DNA of 64,000 nucleotides from Camelus dromedarius (lineage: Eukaryota), in NCBI RefSeq assembly GCF_036321535.1, contig NC_087436.1:4402001-4466000 (forward strand). Reading direction: 5' to 3'. The position numbers and the translations under genes were made by a program. Shown here piece by piece: positions 37,381 to 50,402 of this stretch; positions within the stretch are counted from its first letter, which is position 1; the number at the start of each line of letters is the position of its first letter. The notes under the pieces were generated by a model that was given only the letters and a program-made list of their open reading frames with translations, made no database searches and was not told the DNA's origin.

Positions 37381-40044
37381 TGACAACCTAGCTTTTTTTT
37401 TTTTTTTTTTCCCTTCTTCTTCCTGTATTTGGGCTTGTCTTGATTTTTTTCACTCTTTCTTGGCTTTGTAAATTAAGTTCCTCAGCTTCACCATCTGGAC
37501 AGTTTTCTTGGATTCTAAATGACTTTGTTTATAAACACTGCGTGGGTCTGTTGACTTGGTTGCTGTGAGAAGTCAGGCTGGGGCCACAGCTCCAACAACT
37601 CGCATCTTGCCATTCACCCCACTCTGAGCCCTGCCCTCCAGCTCCTCAGCCAGGACACGGGGTGAGACAAAGCCTCAGGTGTCCCCTAATGACCTTCCTA
37701 CTCAGTGCAACAAATGTCTCTGTCACTTCCTGCTAAGTGGCCTTCCAGCTTCTTTGCAAAACAGCCCTGGTGATACGAAGGTCACCATCTCAGCAGCCAA
37801 GCCATCACAACGTCACTGAACTCTAAGACTTCCCAGAGACGCCTCCTGTATATTCATCTCCAACTGTTTCCTGGAAACTTCTACAGAATGATTCTAATTC
37901 TGCCTTTTAGATCACATGGAATAAATGCTTGTCACATGCTGACCATCTGGCTGTGTGGTTAAGTATGAACAGGATAAATTTATAACGGGGATAAGATCAT
38001 AAGGAGATAAAGGCAGGGGACGGAGATGTAAGGGATAAGCCTACATAAGCAAGAACAAGAAACTCCCACAAGGTCACTAATGTCAGAGAGCAGTGAGCAG
38101 GGAGCCTCTGCTGTCTTTCCTCACCTGCCTACTCATGTCAGTTATTTCCCACTGAGAATTCTGGGATAAACAGGACTGCTACCTCTGAAAGGAGAGGGGC
38201 TTCCAAGAATTGCTGAAGGATGAAGGGAGAAGCACAACACTTCAACTCCTTCTGAGGGAAATTTGTGATACCTTTCACGCCAGCTCTCTTGTGCAGAAAA
38301 CAAATTACCGTGTAGTGTGTCCGCTTCCTACAGTTTGGAGTCCTCCCACCTTGAGCCTCAGTTGTCTCTGATCGGTGTCCCAAAGAAGTTCCCTAAGAAA
38401 TGTGCTCTGTGAGTTCCTTCAACGTAGCTTCTGAGTAGCTTTCCTTTGAGAAGGCAGACCTCTGTACCTCTCTCCCCATATTCCATTGCTGGGTCATTTG
38501 TTGAGGCTAGAGTGTCAAGGTGACCTCTGTCCCTTGCAGGGTTGGGGCCCAGGTGTTGGGAGTCCCCCTCTCTTCTCTGATGGTGTCCCTCCTTACGGGG
38601 CTCACATGAGTCTCAGGGTACAATTCACACAAGAGATGAACACCGGCACCCAGCCTCCAGTCACTCACTCTGCGTGGAAGGCTTACACATGTTAAAGAAT
38701 CTCTTCTAGGCTTTCTCTCCTGCCACCTGATTGTCAATTCCTTGATTTTACTTCCTTGCTAGTTCATTTGAACTTTTCACCCTGTAAGCACAAGACTCGA
38801 TTTTCTTTCTTGGTCTCCTGAAGTCCCTGGAAGAGCAGAGTTCTGTCAGGGGTCTTGAACCCCAGGGCAGCCCCTGACATCACAGTAAAACTGCTCCCCA
38901 CAGTCACTTCATAGTGAGGGAGGGGAGACCCCCTGAAATCTTGCCTCTGGCAATTTTGCTATTAATCTTCTCTCTGCCTTGAGAACATAACATTCTAATC
39001 AGTCTAGTTGGTGAAGTATTTCAAATCTCATTCATCACATTCTGAACATTCTTCTGTCTGGTATTTTATTTCCATCCTTTTCCCCACCTTTCTTTGCCAC
39101 AAAACACTAGCTCTTTGGGGCAGTGATTTTGTTTTATTATCTTTGAATTCCAACATGCAGCATGGGGAGAAAGGGAATGAACACACTTCTAAAAGCTCTC
39201 AATTGATGTACAGTGGCATCTGCACCTGCTGGAATCAACGTCTTCTTCCAACATCACCCTAGGGACCTTTCCAGCCTCTCTCTTCTGGAAGATACATGCA
39301 TTCATAGCAAGGTCCAAGCATGCACACCAATCATCAGTAGTCTATGTCTTGTCTGGTTTGATGTGATCCGCTCACACCAACACATCTCTACTTCATTAAT
39401 AACTCAGATCATTTAGAGCCAGCCAGAGGGAATCCCTCCCCTTCATTCTCTTTCCCCTACACCCTGTCAACCTTATCGTGCACACAGTCCCAAAGTCAAA
39501 ACTATTGAAAGACCAGGGAAAAAAAATCACATATTAAAGTGATGTTTTCCATCAGGAGTCTAAAGAACTGTAGCAGTGTCCTATGAAACTCAAAGAGATT
39601 AGCCCCAGGGTGTTCTAACAAACATCTTATCCTCTGGGAATTAAAAATCAGCAGTTGAATGTATTATATGTCGATGGTCTCCGTCTTGTCACATGAGACA
39701 TTCCACAAGGAGAAAAGAAATTTGAAAGAATAGAATTAATCAAGCCAGAAACTTCCACCAGATGCCAACACACTACCCCATTCTGTCAGTACCCAGCTTG
39801 GGGTCCCCTTGTTTTCTATCTGCCTCATTTCTTCACTCCTCACTTCTTTAGACACCAAGACAATACTCAACAGAGTTGCTAAAGCAATTTTTATATTGAC
39901 AGCTTTAGTATTTCATCACTATGCCTTTGTTTCAATGGAAAAATGTCCTCCCACGCTTTAACTGAAGATGACTTTCTCATTGGGCAAAGTTTCTGCCTCT
40001 TCTTACATAACACATGTGTACACAGCCCACCTGCTCTAGGTTAC

Positions 40045-40298
40045 CTTCCATCTGTTCCTCAAGACAAACCCTGTTGCATAAGAAACAACTTGTTTCCTTT
40101 TTGTGGACACTATGTCTCCACGTTAGTGGAATTTGTGATCAATTGGGGCCATCTTTTTAGACAAAGTGTTTCAGGAACCTCATGACAACTGATTCACAGA
40201 ATATCCTTGTTATAAAAGGATAATTATTCTATCTGTGTTATTTATAAGGAAATATTTCTGATGGGCAATTTACATTTTATGATATGTTATCACTGGGA
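40045..40298 (-). pseudogene. Pseudo-exon: second half of first RGS-like repeat
   Basis: ttgttgaccttccag| acceptor and AAG|gtaacc donor. Peptides IAHQKYFLINNTD and EVPETLCLKRWPQL. Confidence 0.5.
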
Positions 40299-40609
40299 CT
40301 GGAAGGTCAACAAAGAAGGGGTTGGAAGTCAGACAGCTCGTAAAGATGTTAGAGCAACAGGATGTTGGTATTGTCTGGTGTTCTAGGAGCCCGTCCTTTT
40401 GAAGTTCTTGGGGAAAAAGCTGCAGACCCTCTTCCTAGCAAACGCACATGCATCCCAAAGTCTTCGTACTGTGGCAGGGTTTCTGGTGTCCTCTGAGGCC
40501 ACGAATTACAACCCCAGTAAAGAACACTTGGTTTAATACAACTCTTTTCTTTTTTTTTTTTTTAAATTAATTGATTTTAATTGGGTCTCTCCTGAGTATT
40601 TTTAAAATT

Positions 40610-40825
40610 CTTTTTTTTTTATTGAAGTGTAGTTGATTTACAATGTTAGTTTCATGTGTACAACAAAGCAATTCAGTTATACATATACATACATATTTTT
40701 TTTTTCAGATTCTTCTCCATTACAGCTCATTAAAGGAAATTGAATATAGTTCCCTGTGCTATACATTAGGTCATTGTTGTTTATCTATTTTATATATAGT
40801 AGTGTGTGTCTGTTAATCCCAAACT
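40610..40825 (-). mobile_element. Artiodactyl-type L1 3'UTR fragment
   Basis: ttttattgaagtgtagttgatttacaatgttagtttc..atagttccctgtgctataca..tgttaatcccaaac. Confidence 0.88.
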
Positions 40826-40844
40826 GGAGCTCATAGAAGCTAAC

Positions 40845-41765
40845 TTATTTATTTAACATTTTAGTTATTTAAGCCTATGTCCTGAATGCACTATTGGTGT
40901 TTCTGATCCAGGTTCAAAAGCCTAGAAATCATGTTATCTATTAACAGAACAATTATTTCCTTCCACTAGCAGATTGTGTTTTCTTCTTTAAAGAATATGT
41001 TTGAATATTCCTTCTGCTTCTTTTTTCAATGAACACATATGTAACATTAAATCAATCACTTTATGGTTAATGAAACTGTGTCCCCAGAGGTTAACGGGTC
41101 TTCTAAAAGTCAGTTACCTATGGAGAAATAGTCAGAGTATTTTTCAAATAGTCTCTTTTTTTAAAAAGATTTTGTTCTATTGAATTATAGTCAGTTTACA
41201 ATGTTGTGTCAATTTCCAGTGTACAGCACAATTTTTCAGTTATACATGGACATACACATATGCATTGTCACATCCTTTTTCACCGTGAGCTACCACAAGA
41301 TCTTGTATGCATTTCCCTGTGCTATACAGTATAATCTTGTTTATCTATTCTATATATACCTGTCAGTATCTACAATCAAATAGTCTCTTTTATTACTTTG
41401 CCCTTTGTGTTTCAATGATCTTGCAACTTAAGCAGGTGTTCATTAGTATAACAATGATCATTGTTACATTTGTAAGTTTATTTTATAATAAAGAATTTAA
41501 AGAGACAATAAAGCCTTCAGATTGATTTCTCCAAAGGCAGCGTTGATTTTAACCTTCTCTGAAATTGTCTACTCTATTTTTCACTATTAGATCACATAAA
41601 ATATTAGAGAAAAGGTTTGGAAAAGTACTCAAAGAAAAATGAGGTGAAATGAGAATTTCACAGCCTGTTGCTGTTCCATTATGTATGTAGCCTAATTCCT
41701 GTCTTTCTAACTTGAGCGTGTGCAGAGATTTAAGACCACTTTAATCATTTAATTTTCTCACTCAG
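40845..41765 (-). pseudogene. Pseudo-exon: RGS22-like N-terminal motifs and start of first RGS-like repeat (interrupted by L1)
   Basis: Strong acceptor ttcattttcccctacag|. Frameshifted peptides LKLERQELGYI..ILISPH..FFEYFSK, CLSCKIIETQRAK**KRLFEKYSDYF (reads through once the L1 is removed) and ISRLLNLDQKHQ. Donor uncertain. Confidence 0.5.
41160..41375 (-). mobile_element. Young camelid L1 3' end inserted in pseudo-exon
   Basis: Exact 16-bp TSD tcaaatagtctctttt at 41144-41159 and 41376-41391. Confidence 0.92.
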
Positions 41766-42091
41766 CTGTAGGGGAAAATGAAATAGCTGAATTTATGCTA
41801 AAAATAAACCACACAGATTTGCTGGATTGCACGACATCGAGTGTGTACAAGTGTCTTCCCGCTTGGAAAGCTAATCCTGCCTGGCTTTCGACTTTCCCAG
41901 GAGATTGTTCTAATAGATTTTTTAAAAGCTGCATGTTGAATAATTGTTTCCACAACTAGCACAGATTGGTTTTTCTCAAAAGAAAAAAAATGAAAGTTCT
42001 ATCCAATTAAAACAGAGCTATTAATACAATGCTGTGCTGGAGAGGAAACGGCTGCTCTTCGAAAGGCCGGTGCAGTTTATTACAGAAATAA

Positions 42092-42105
42092 ATTTCCATG
42101 GCAAC
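42092..42105 (-). promoter_or_regulatory. RFX X-box motif
   Basis: GTTGCCATGGAAAT matches the consensus GTTNCCATGGNAAC at 13 of 14 positions, in non-repetitive sequence. Confidence 0.45.
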
Positions 42106-43054
42106 CGAAAGAGTTGGGTAAAAAATTAAAAGTTTTATGAAGAACTAGAAAAACAGACGATTTCACTCTTTTTAGCTGGCACGTATGAGAATATTGATTT
42201 CTCTTGCAAAGGGGAGAAGATGCCTTCACATGGGCTCTGCCATCCTCCCCACCACACGGAAGACAGCTCAGCAGGGCGGCCCCATGTCACTCCTGTCTTT
42301 GGTCATTTATATGATGTACCGCACAGCCAGCCACCTGATAGGGCACCTAGATTCAGAATATTCTTTATTTCCTGGTCTGGTAGATCTTCCTTTCCTTTAA
42401 ATAATGTATTGCATTGTGAACAATATGCTTTGGAATTTCTGATTGTTAGATTGTTATCATTTTTAAGCCCAAGTCAAGGAAAATGCCTAAGTGAATTTAT
42501 ATTCAAATTTTAAGATTTGGGATTGCAGTCAAATAACCACTTGTGCTCCCATGAGTCAGGGTACTTCTGTTCCAGCAGCTGACCCCTTACACCCTGTGGT
42601 GCAAACTGGCCAAGAGTCCAAGAAGGGTAGACACAGCAGTATTAGGGTGAAGATCAGAATGAGAGGGGACATTATGTTTCTCAAATGTGGTGCCCCAACC
42701 ATCCGCTTTAGACCTTTCTTGGGTTTTGTTTGTTTTTAATGCTAATTCCTGAACACTGTCCAAGATGCAAAGGATCAGAATATATGAAAGCAGGTACCAA
42801 GAATATGTAATTTTAGCAAACACACTGTGCGAATCTCATGAACCAAGAAAAGGAGGAGTACCAGCTTCAGGTAAAAGCAGTAGGGCAGGGGATGAGAAAG
42901 TTCACAAATGTGGACATGCTTTCAGACCTGCACTGAGATGGGAGCAGCTTCTGGTGGGTGACAGATCACACGATGAGCCCCGCAGCCCCTGCACAGTGAT
43001 CCTATCATCCGTATGAATTGGAATGTGGTAGAAAAGAAAATAAACGTATTTTAC

Positions 43055-43219
43055 CCATTTGGATTTTCATGAGTATTTCATTTTAAACTTATTAAAAAAG
43101 AATGGAGCAAATTTCTAAGAACTGCATCCTTCAAGGAATCCAAAACACATTTCAAATTTGAATTTAGTCCCTTTCATTCAAATTTAGAAATTATAAATGA
43201 AACCTTTAAAATAGTTACT
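43055..43219 (-). pseudogene. Candidate 5' exon of RGS22-like pseudogene
   Basis: tttcaatag| acceptor and TGG|gtaaaa donor. Fragments FKFEMCFGFLE and KFAPFF loosely resemble the recalled RGS22/RGSL1 N-terminus. Confidence 0.3.
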
Positions 43220-43239
43220 CTATTGAAACATGAGTATTC

Positions 43240-43800
43240 ATTGTCATTCTTCTCAAACCAGGTTATAAATTCAGTGTATTTCCTGGTAATATTTCAGCAT
43301 AATTCTTTAAAGAATTGAACAGACTGATTAAGAAATCATATGGATAAAAAAGAATCCATGAATAATACAGACTATGAATAAGAAGAGCAAAGAGGGAGAC
43401 TCAGCCAAGGATGTATGAAGACATTTCACAATGCCATTATAATAAAATAAGATAAAATTAAATTAAATTAAATTAAAATTAAATAGTGTAGTTTTGGCAT
43501 GGGAACAAACAGACCAATGGAATGCAATATAAACACCAGAGTCCACTTTGTTTAGAAAGTTTTATGAAATCAAGCCCTATTGTCAATAACAACAACAAGA
43601 GTATTTTGTAGAGAATTTTATGAGGCTTGATGATATGGAGAAAAATAAAATTACAGGCAATAGAAACAAAAATAATCTCTAAATGAATCAAAGTCCTAAA
43701 TCTGGCTGCTAAAATGAAAGAATACTAGAAGAGAATAAAGGAGAATATATTTATGACATTACAGTTGGGAAATGTTTCGTTGGGAAAAAGAGGATGCCCA
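43240..43800 (+). mobile_element. Old L1M ORF2 fragment
   Basis: ataaattcagtg..gaattgaacagactgatt..atagtgtagttttggcat..acagaccaatggaa..ctctaaatgaatcaaagtcctaaat. Confidence 0.65.
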
Positions 43801-45347
43801 GTAGAAACATGAGCAAGTTCGCTGCATAGACGGTTTCAGAGGGGACACTGAATGGCTCCCTGTTGTATGGAGTAGGGGGCGCTAACTTCAGGAAGCTGAG
43901 CAATGAAAGGAGTCCTGCTGACTCACCAAAGGAGACCCAGGTGGAAGTTATAATAGTGGGATTTGGTGAGGATGGAAGAACACCAGCATCTTCGTGTCCC
44001 TGCCGTGGGGGTGCATATGGAGAGCACATTCTGGAGCCCAATCAGCCTTACTTAGGGAAAAAGAAATGGGACCAACCCAATAACAAATCCTTCTGGAAAA
44101 CACCCCACAGAACTCTTCAGGATGTGTCTGTGTCCTAGGACGTCCATTAGCATGTTGGCCATAGAATGGGGCTGATGGCGGGGACGAAGGGGAAATGAAA
44201 GAGGGGGGCCTTGCAAAGACCTGACACCTGTGCACCGTGCATGGACCAGCACAAGCAGCGGGCCCCGCTGTCTCCACCTGGGCTGCAGGGCAGGAAGGCA
44301 CGAGCAGAGAGGAAAAGGTGTCACCTCCAGATTTGTTACCCAGCATTTACCTTATCACAGGCGCAATGTATGTTTAGAGAGAAATCAAAGGAATGACAAT
44401 TTTATTTCATTGTATTGCCTCTGTGTTTCTCCAGGAAAAAGAAATAAACTACTTATCTCTATGTGAACTGGTAATTTTCCATACACAGCCAATGCTGCAA
44501 CATTTTCAACGGTGTTACAGCCCTTTGGATCTGCATCTGGATCTGGGGTAGCTGTGGTCATTTAGACAAATGACTATTCTGTAATTTAATTGCTATGAAG
44601 TAAGTGCAGTAAAGGTGTCCACGTTACAAAACTGGAGGGACATTAAATCAAATAATTCATGCACAGAATTTGGTATAGAGGAACCTCTCAGTAAGTGTCA
44701 GCTACTGTTTGGGGATTCCTATTTCCTGAATTCTTCTTAGTATCCTACCTGCATCTGAGATGGATTTATTTATTCTTGGCTCCATGAATCACGCAGACCT
44801 CCCAGCTTCTCCTCCTACCTGGAGCAATCTTCCCTAATCTACTCCCCAAAGATGTTTTTATTCTATCTCTGGTAATTCTGGACATTTATTTTCTCCAGGC
44901 AGACTTTTTGAAAAGCAAATACAGGGAAACTTGAGGACATTTGGTCAATTTTTAGGGGTGGGAAAATGTTTTCTGATCACAGCCAGTATATTTTCATTAG
45001 CAGTAAAAGAATATGGAAGCAGCTGAGTAAATGCTGTTCTTAGTAAGAAATGCAACAATTCTAGACGATGTGCTTTATTACACTTCCATATGTAGTCTTT
45101 AATCTGGAAAGTCGCCACAGAAAACAGCTGACCACAGTCCTTCTGTCATTCTGTCCAGCCACTCAGTGTTTCAAAATTAGAGAAGGGAATGAAAAATTAA
45201 GCAAGCTGAGTCAAAAAGAACTAATTCCATTAAAAGCTTTCCTTTATTTATGGAAATAAACTTGATAGATGCTCCTGTGGGGCAGGAGAATTGTACTATT
45301 TTCAGAAACAGAAGTTAAGAATTTTTTGGAGAATTTAATAGGGTAAG

Positions 45348-45350
<3 letters not shown>

Positions 45351-45398
<48 letters not shown>
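45351..45398 (+). repeat. (TG)24 microsatellite
   Basis: Perfect TG run. Confidence 0.97.
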
Positions 45399-45400
<2 letters not shown>

Positions 45401-46833
45401 TTTGTCTTTTAAAAACAGAAACTGAGGGGGATAGCCACAAACCACTCAGCTACACCGCACGGAGCTGCCTTTGCCAAGACTATTCTTTCTGCAGAACAAT
45501 GTCACAGTGACTCTGAACCTTTTCGGTGCTATTGAAATCTCTCTGTTTGCAGTGTGTCACCCATGCAAGCCTTGTCTTTTGGGGCATTGTATTTGCTCAT
45601 GGAGGAACACCACTGGAAAGACCTGTTCTGGGGCAGGGTGTGAGTTGAATGGCCCATTGTTGGTGTTTATGTGCACTCATTTCCCTGAAAACAACGTCTA
45701 GATAAAGCTGCCAGAAAAGCAACAATATGCTACATTTTCAAAATAATCTAGCTCAAAAGAAAAAAAAACACCAGCAATCTTCTGCAATCAACAACTCTGG
45801 CAATTATCCCCATGATACAGCTTTATCCTATACAATCGCTCCCAGTAACTTTGTTTCTCTGATTGAATCTTGGCTGATGTAATAACTTCAAAAGATAGAC
45901 AAAATAACTAGCTCCTTGTTCTAAAAAACTGTAAGTAACACTGTTAGGAAATTTGAACAGAGGATATGCATTCTTTTAAAAATGGGAAAGATAAACCTGC
46001 GCTGATGGACTGTGCAAATAGCTTGGTACTGTTTGTTCCATATTTGGTTCCTATTTCTTGGAAACTGAAACTTCCTAAGCAACCCTAACATTTAGATGGA
46101 TTGATTATTTTGATAATTCTCCATGGAACTGCCTCGGTGTGGCCCAACTGCGCCCAGGGTCCGGGGGCTGCCCACCACTCTCCACCCACATCCCCATGAC
46201 CTGTGTCTCCACTCCTGCCAGATGCTCTTGGCTCCTTCCACCCATCTCTGTGCTGTAACCAGGGCTCAGTGGCAGAAGGAAGGACTGGGCGTTGTCACCC
46301 ACACAGATGGCAGAAGCTGAAGAAACAGCATGCAGACCCTGTCAAGTGACTGTCACAGGAGGACGCAGGACTCAGAAACAAGTCTGAGACCAATGGCATT
46401 TCTGGACTTTAAGCTGCGATCAGAGCACACTTACCCACTGGACTTCAGTTTTGTCCCTGCTGAAGTAGCCAGCTGGGGAATCCTGGTGACAGAGGAGCTC
46501 TGTGATTTGGGAGATCTGGATAATCGTCTCCAAGGCCCAGGTCCTGTGACAGTGGACTCACAGGAGAGAAGGCACAGAAACTGCGTTGCGGGCACAGCGG
46601 TGTCTGGTGCGGGAGGGGAGGGCAGCCAGCTCAGAACAAGACTGCTTCGACGAGGACCCCGGCAACCAAGCAGAGAACTGGGACTGTAAACCTCTTCATC
46701 TCCTTTGTCCTCCTCAAGCTCAAATCACACACGAATTCTCTACCAGTTCTACCTTTACCTTCATGTCTCATGATTTTCGACAGGTGTGTGAATTACTCCA
46801 CTTTGATAAGTATCCTTTTTCCTAAGTGCTTCG

Positions 46834-47420
46834 TGTCACGGGTCAAATTGTGTCCTGCAAAAAGCGATGTCAGGGTCCTAGTCCCCAGGACCTCAGAATA
46901 CGACATTAGTTGGAAACAGGGTCACAGTCAATGTAATTACTAGTATATTTCTTTTCTTTTTTTGAAAAAAAGTATCGAAGTCTAGTCAGCTTACAGTGTT
47001 GCATCAATTTCTAGTGTACAGTATCAGGTTTCAGTTATATGTGTACATACATACATTCCTTTTCAGATTCCTTTTCATTATTGATGACTACAAGATTTGA
47101 ATATAGGTCTCTGTGCTGTACAGTTCCCTGTCGATGTAATCAGCTGAGGAGAGGTCGTACTGAAGTCAGGTGGACCCTTAATTCAAAGTGGCCGGTGTCT
47201 GTGTAAGAAGATGGTGTGAACACACTGACACGGGAGGAAGGTGCCCACTGGAGATGGAGGCAGAGGGTGGAGTGGTGCTGCTGTGAGTCAGGCATGCCTG
47301 GGGCCACCATACCCTATTTTGGATAGAAGTACCCTCCACCACATGTTTTGGAAAGAATGTGGCCCTTCCAACACCTTCTCCAGCCTCCATGTGCAGTGCT
47401 TGGCTGCCCTAGGAAGCAGA
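46834..47420 (+). mobile_element. MLT1B-like LTR with nested antisense L1 3' fragment (about 46945-47128)
   Basis: tgtcacgggtcaaattgtgtcc..cctcagaatacgac; the LTR resumes after the L1 piece at atgtaatcagctgagg. Confidence 0.75.
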
Positions 47421-50402
47421 TCCAGTCCTAAGAGCAAGGGGCACATGACCCCAGCTGCCCTCGTACCCCCACTGCCCAGCCTCGTGACGAGTGAAGCGTG
47501 GCACTCAGGGCTGACCAGTAAACACACCTGTCTTTCTCTCACTTCCAACAGATTGTAAGCCCCATGAGGCCAGAGGCTGTGCGTGATTCATCTTAGTTGC
47601 CCCTGGAGAAAGAAAGCCACCCCATTCCCCAAAGGGGTCCTGAAATGCTTGCTGAATAGAAACACACAGGGTCTCAAATTTTATGTTTTGGTAACAGTCC
47701 ATTTTTTCCCCCAAATAAAGTATGGGTGGGAAAATGGAAGCTGTCACACCCAGGAAGCCCCTGCAGTCTGTTTGCACAATCCCCAGTGGTTCCACCCACA
47801 GAGAGTGGGCGATTCGGCATTTATTACTGTCCCCAGAATATTGACGAAAATAGGACAGTTCACACGTGGGCTGCTCGTATCTGTGAGAACACGCAGCGTT
47901 CCCACAGTCCTCGGCCAGGGGGTCACCGGTCAGTGTGTAAACTCTGGAAGGGACCGTCCACGTCTGGTTCATGTCAGCAAACCCAGTGCTTCCCGAGCAC
48001 CTCCCTCTCCCCACGGGCCACCTTTCAACAGAAAAGGCACCAAGCAGCTCCTTCAGTGCTGGAGCTGTTAGCAGGCTCGGTGGTGCAAGAGGATCGCCCT
48101 GCAGAGCTTACTACCCACTGGTGACAACAAAAGGAACCCCCGGGGCCAGGCCATCCAGCCGGTCAGTGTCAGCGTCACCATCGTCCAGAGGACAGAGCAG
48201 GGTGCTGCCTTCGCCAGAAACACATCTCCTTTTCATTGGCAGGAGTTTTGCTTCAATAAACATAATCAGGATTTGGGAAGATTCACCTTGGCAGCAGCTA
48301 AAAATGCCTTTTTTTTTTTTTTTTTTTTTGAGTACTGACTAATCTCCTGGTGTCCCAGGTGCCCTCCGGCTGCTCTGGGGGTGACATTACTATTTCAGTT
48401 ATCAAAAGCTAACCTGGGGATATTCGCAAGAAAGGGAATCTTACACATGCTTGTTCTGTAAAGAGTCAGTGGGCGGTGGGTGGGGCTGGCTGACCCTCCC
48501 AGACCTCAAGGGCAGGGCCTGGAGATGGTCCAGAAGGAGCATAAGCCCCTCCCCTCCTCCCTGCCCACCTGCTTTTTCCCTGCAGACCATCCTCTGTGCT
48601 CCTACACCACACAAACCCCAAATGACTTCCCTTATTCCTGACTTCCTATTCCCACAGACCACTGGACTGATGCTAAGCTCCATGCCTCCTGGTCCAGTTC
48701 CTGAGAGAGTCCATCTGAATAGCTCAGCTCAAGGACCAGATGGCCACCGTGTCCAAACAGCAAACAGGACAGCTGCGCCCCAAAGCATTCACTGACCTGC
48801 GGAGAAGAGGCAGGTTCCAAGTGAGCAGACACCCGGAACGGACTTCAGAAAGTGCCCTAAAGGTGTCAGCAATTATAACCCTTTCTGGCTGCAAAGTGTG
48901 GTAAATATTAGCTGCACACTGACCCAATCACACCATTTGGTTTATCCAGCAATTGCTTCACAATTCTGACATAACACTTTCTAATCCCTGGGAAGAAAAT
49001 TCACATTTTAGATTAATTTAAACTCAGTGGGTAGAATGCTGTTACCTTTAGGGTTATTTCACTTGGTAATCAGAAGTTATATGCCAGTGGTGGCATCCTC
49101 TCTAAAAACAGATTAACAAATTCTCATGATGCTTGGTTATCAGGATTCTTCTGGTATAGAATTTTCTGGGTCTTGCTTCTATAAAAGTTAGAGTCACAGG
49201 TTACTTTACAGTTCCTGAGAAAATTTCAGCTATTCCACTTAGAAAACTGATTTCTTTTTATATACTATGTCTTCTCCCATTAATTTCTCTCTGTGCTGTC
49301 TTTATCAAACTCAATCTTGCATCTGTAAAATAAAGATTTATAACCACTCCTGTAGAAAAATGTTTTACTTGATTAACTCTGTTCTTTCCTTGAAATCATC
49401 TAAAATATTCCACTCGGATTAAGGGATGCTGATTCTCTTTGCTTCATAGGCTGCACAAAGAGACAAGAGTAGAGGTAAAATGCATTTTTATTAATTCACA
49501 AGAGATCTGGAGTATTCAAGTATGAAGTTCTAAATGGAAGAGGTCACCTGTAAACTTCATACTATTCAGAACATAAAGCAACCAAAATACACAATGTTTA
49601 TAAAAATCAGAAGTATAGACAAATTGTGCTGCCTCTGGGGTCAGTTAGTGTAGAACCCATACTGGTAGCGGACAGACAGACGGACAGCCCACACTTTGAT
49701 CTCACGTGTGTAATGCATGCTTTGCTTATCACTGTATTATCAAAAGGGGTGCCTCATACCTAGTAGTGTTTTGTATTTATCGAGTGAGTACAGGTGGATT
49801 ATTTAGGAGCTTGAAAGGAACAGCATAAACAGAATACCTCCGCCACGGGCTTCCTGCTGAAATCCATCTGCGTTGTCAGAAAAGTAACTGGGCGGACTGT
49901 GACCTGAGTGTGGGACTGGAGTTTAAAGCAGGACCCAAGGGTTAGCGGAGCCCATGTGAGAGTAGGAAGTGAGGGGACACAGACACTCATCCCTGGAACC
50001 GTGGGTGACAGACTTGGGAGTAAAGCCTTAGGTCTGCAGAAAGTGCCAGCAGGAGTTCACGTTCAGAAAAGGCTAGAGAAGGCAGAGTCAAAATAAAAAA
50101 AAACTAAGGAGATGGTTGTGCAGACACCCACCACAGACCGCAGATACAGTTAGCATCACCGTTCTTAAGGAACGTGTGTCAAGGTTGGTACAAACCCAAA
50201 GGCACCAACCAAGTGTCACAACATAGGAGACTTGAGTCAAGCCTTCCTTCTGAGACTGAGTGTGAGGACCCGGCTCCGGAGGTTGGGATTTGAGAGACAA
50301 ATGAGAAGTGACACAAGCAAATGACTTTGTCACAGTGAAAGGGGGCAGACATGAAGGCAGTGGTGGGGCACAGACCTCCCAGAAGCAAGAGGGAAGTAAA
50401 AC

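Larger units (their letters stand above)
3423..43219 (-). pseudogene. Decayed multi-exon gene encoding a large multi-RGS-domain protein (RGS22/RGSL1-family paralog)
   Basis: Chain of AG/GT-bounded minus-strand segments between repeats. Their near-open frames contain RGS-like motifs (HFWTSTQQYYQ, TIAFPRVCLNP, SPSVFIKAQ, NLYFWND, FFDKA) with many stops, frameshifts and L1 insertions. Ends of the gene are uncertain. Confidence 0.75.

Noticed and set aside
44435..44470. 36-nt plus-strand micro-exon candidate (EKEINYLSLCEL)
   Set aside because: Good splice sites, but no partner exons or recognisable protein.
47500..48350. Overlapping 120-170 aa ORFs on both strands (also 2560-3156 and 54463-54918)
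   Set aside because: Expected in GC-richer or LTR-derived DNA; no domain features or splice structure.
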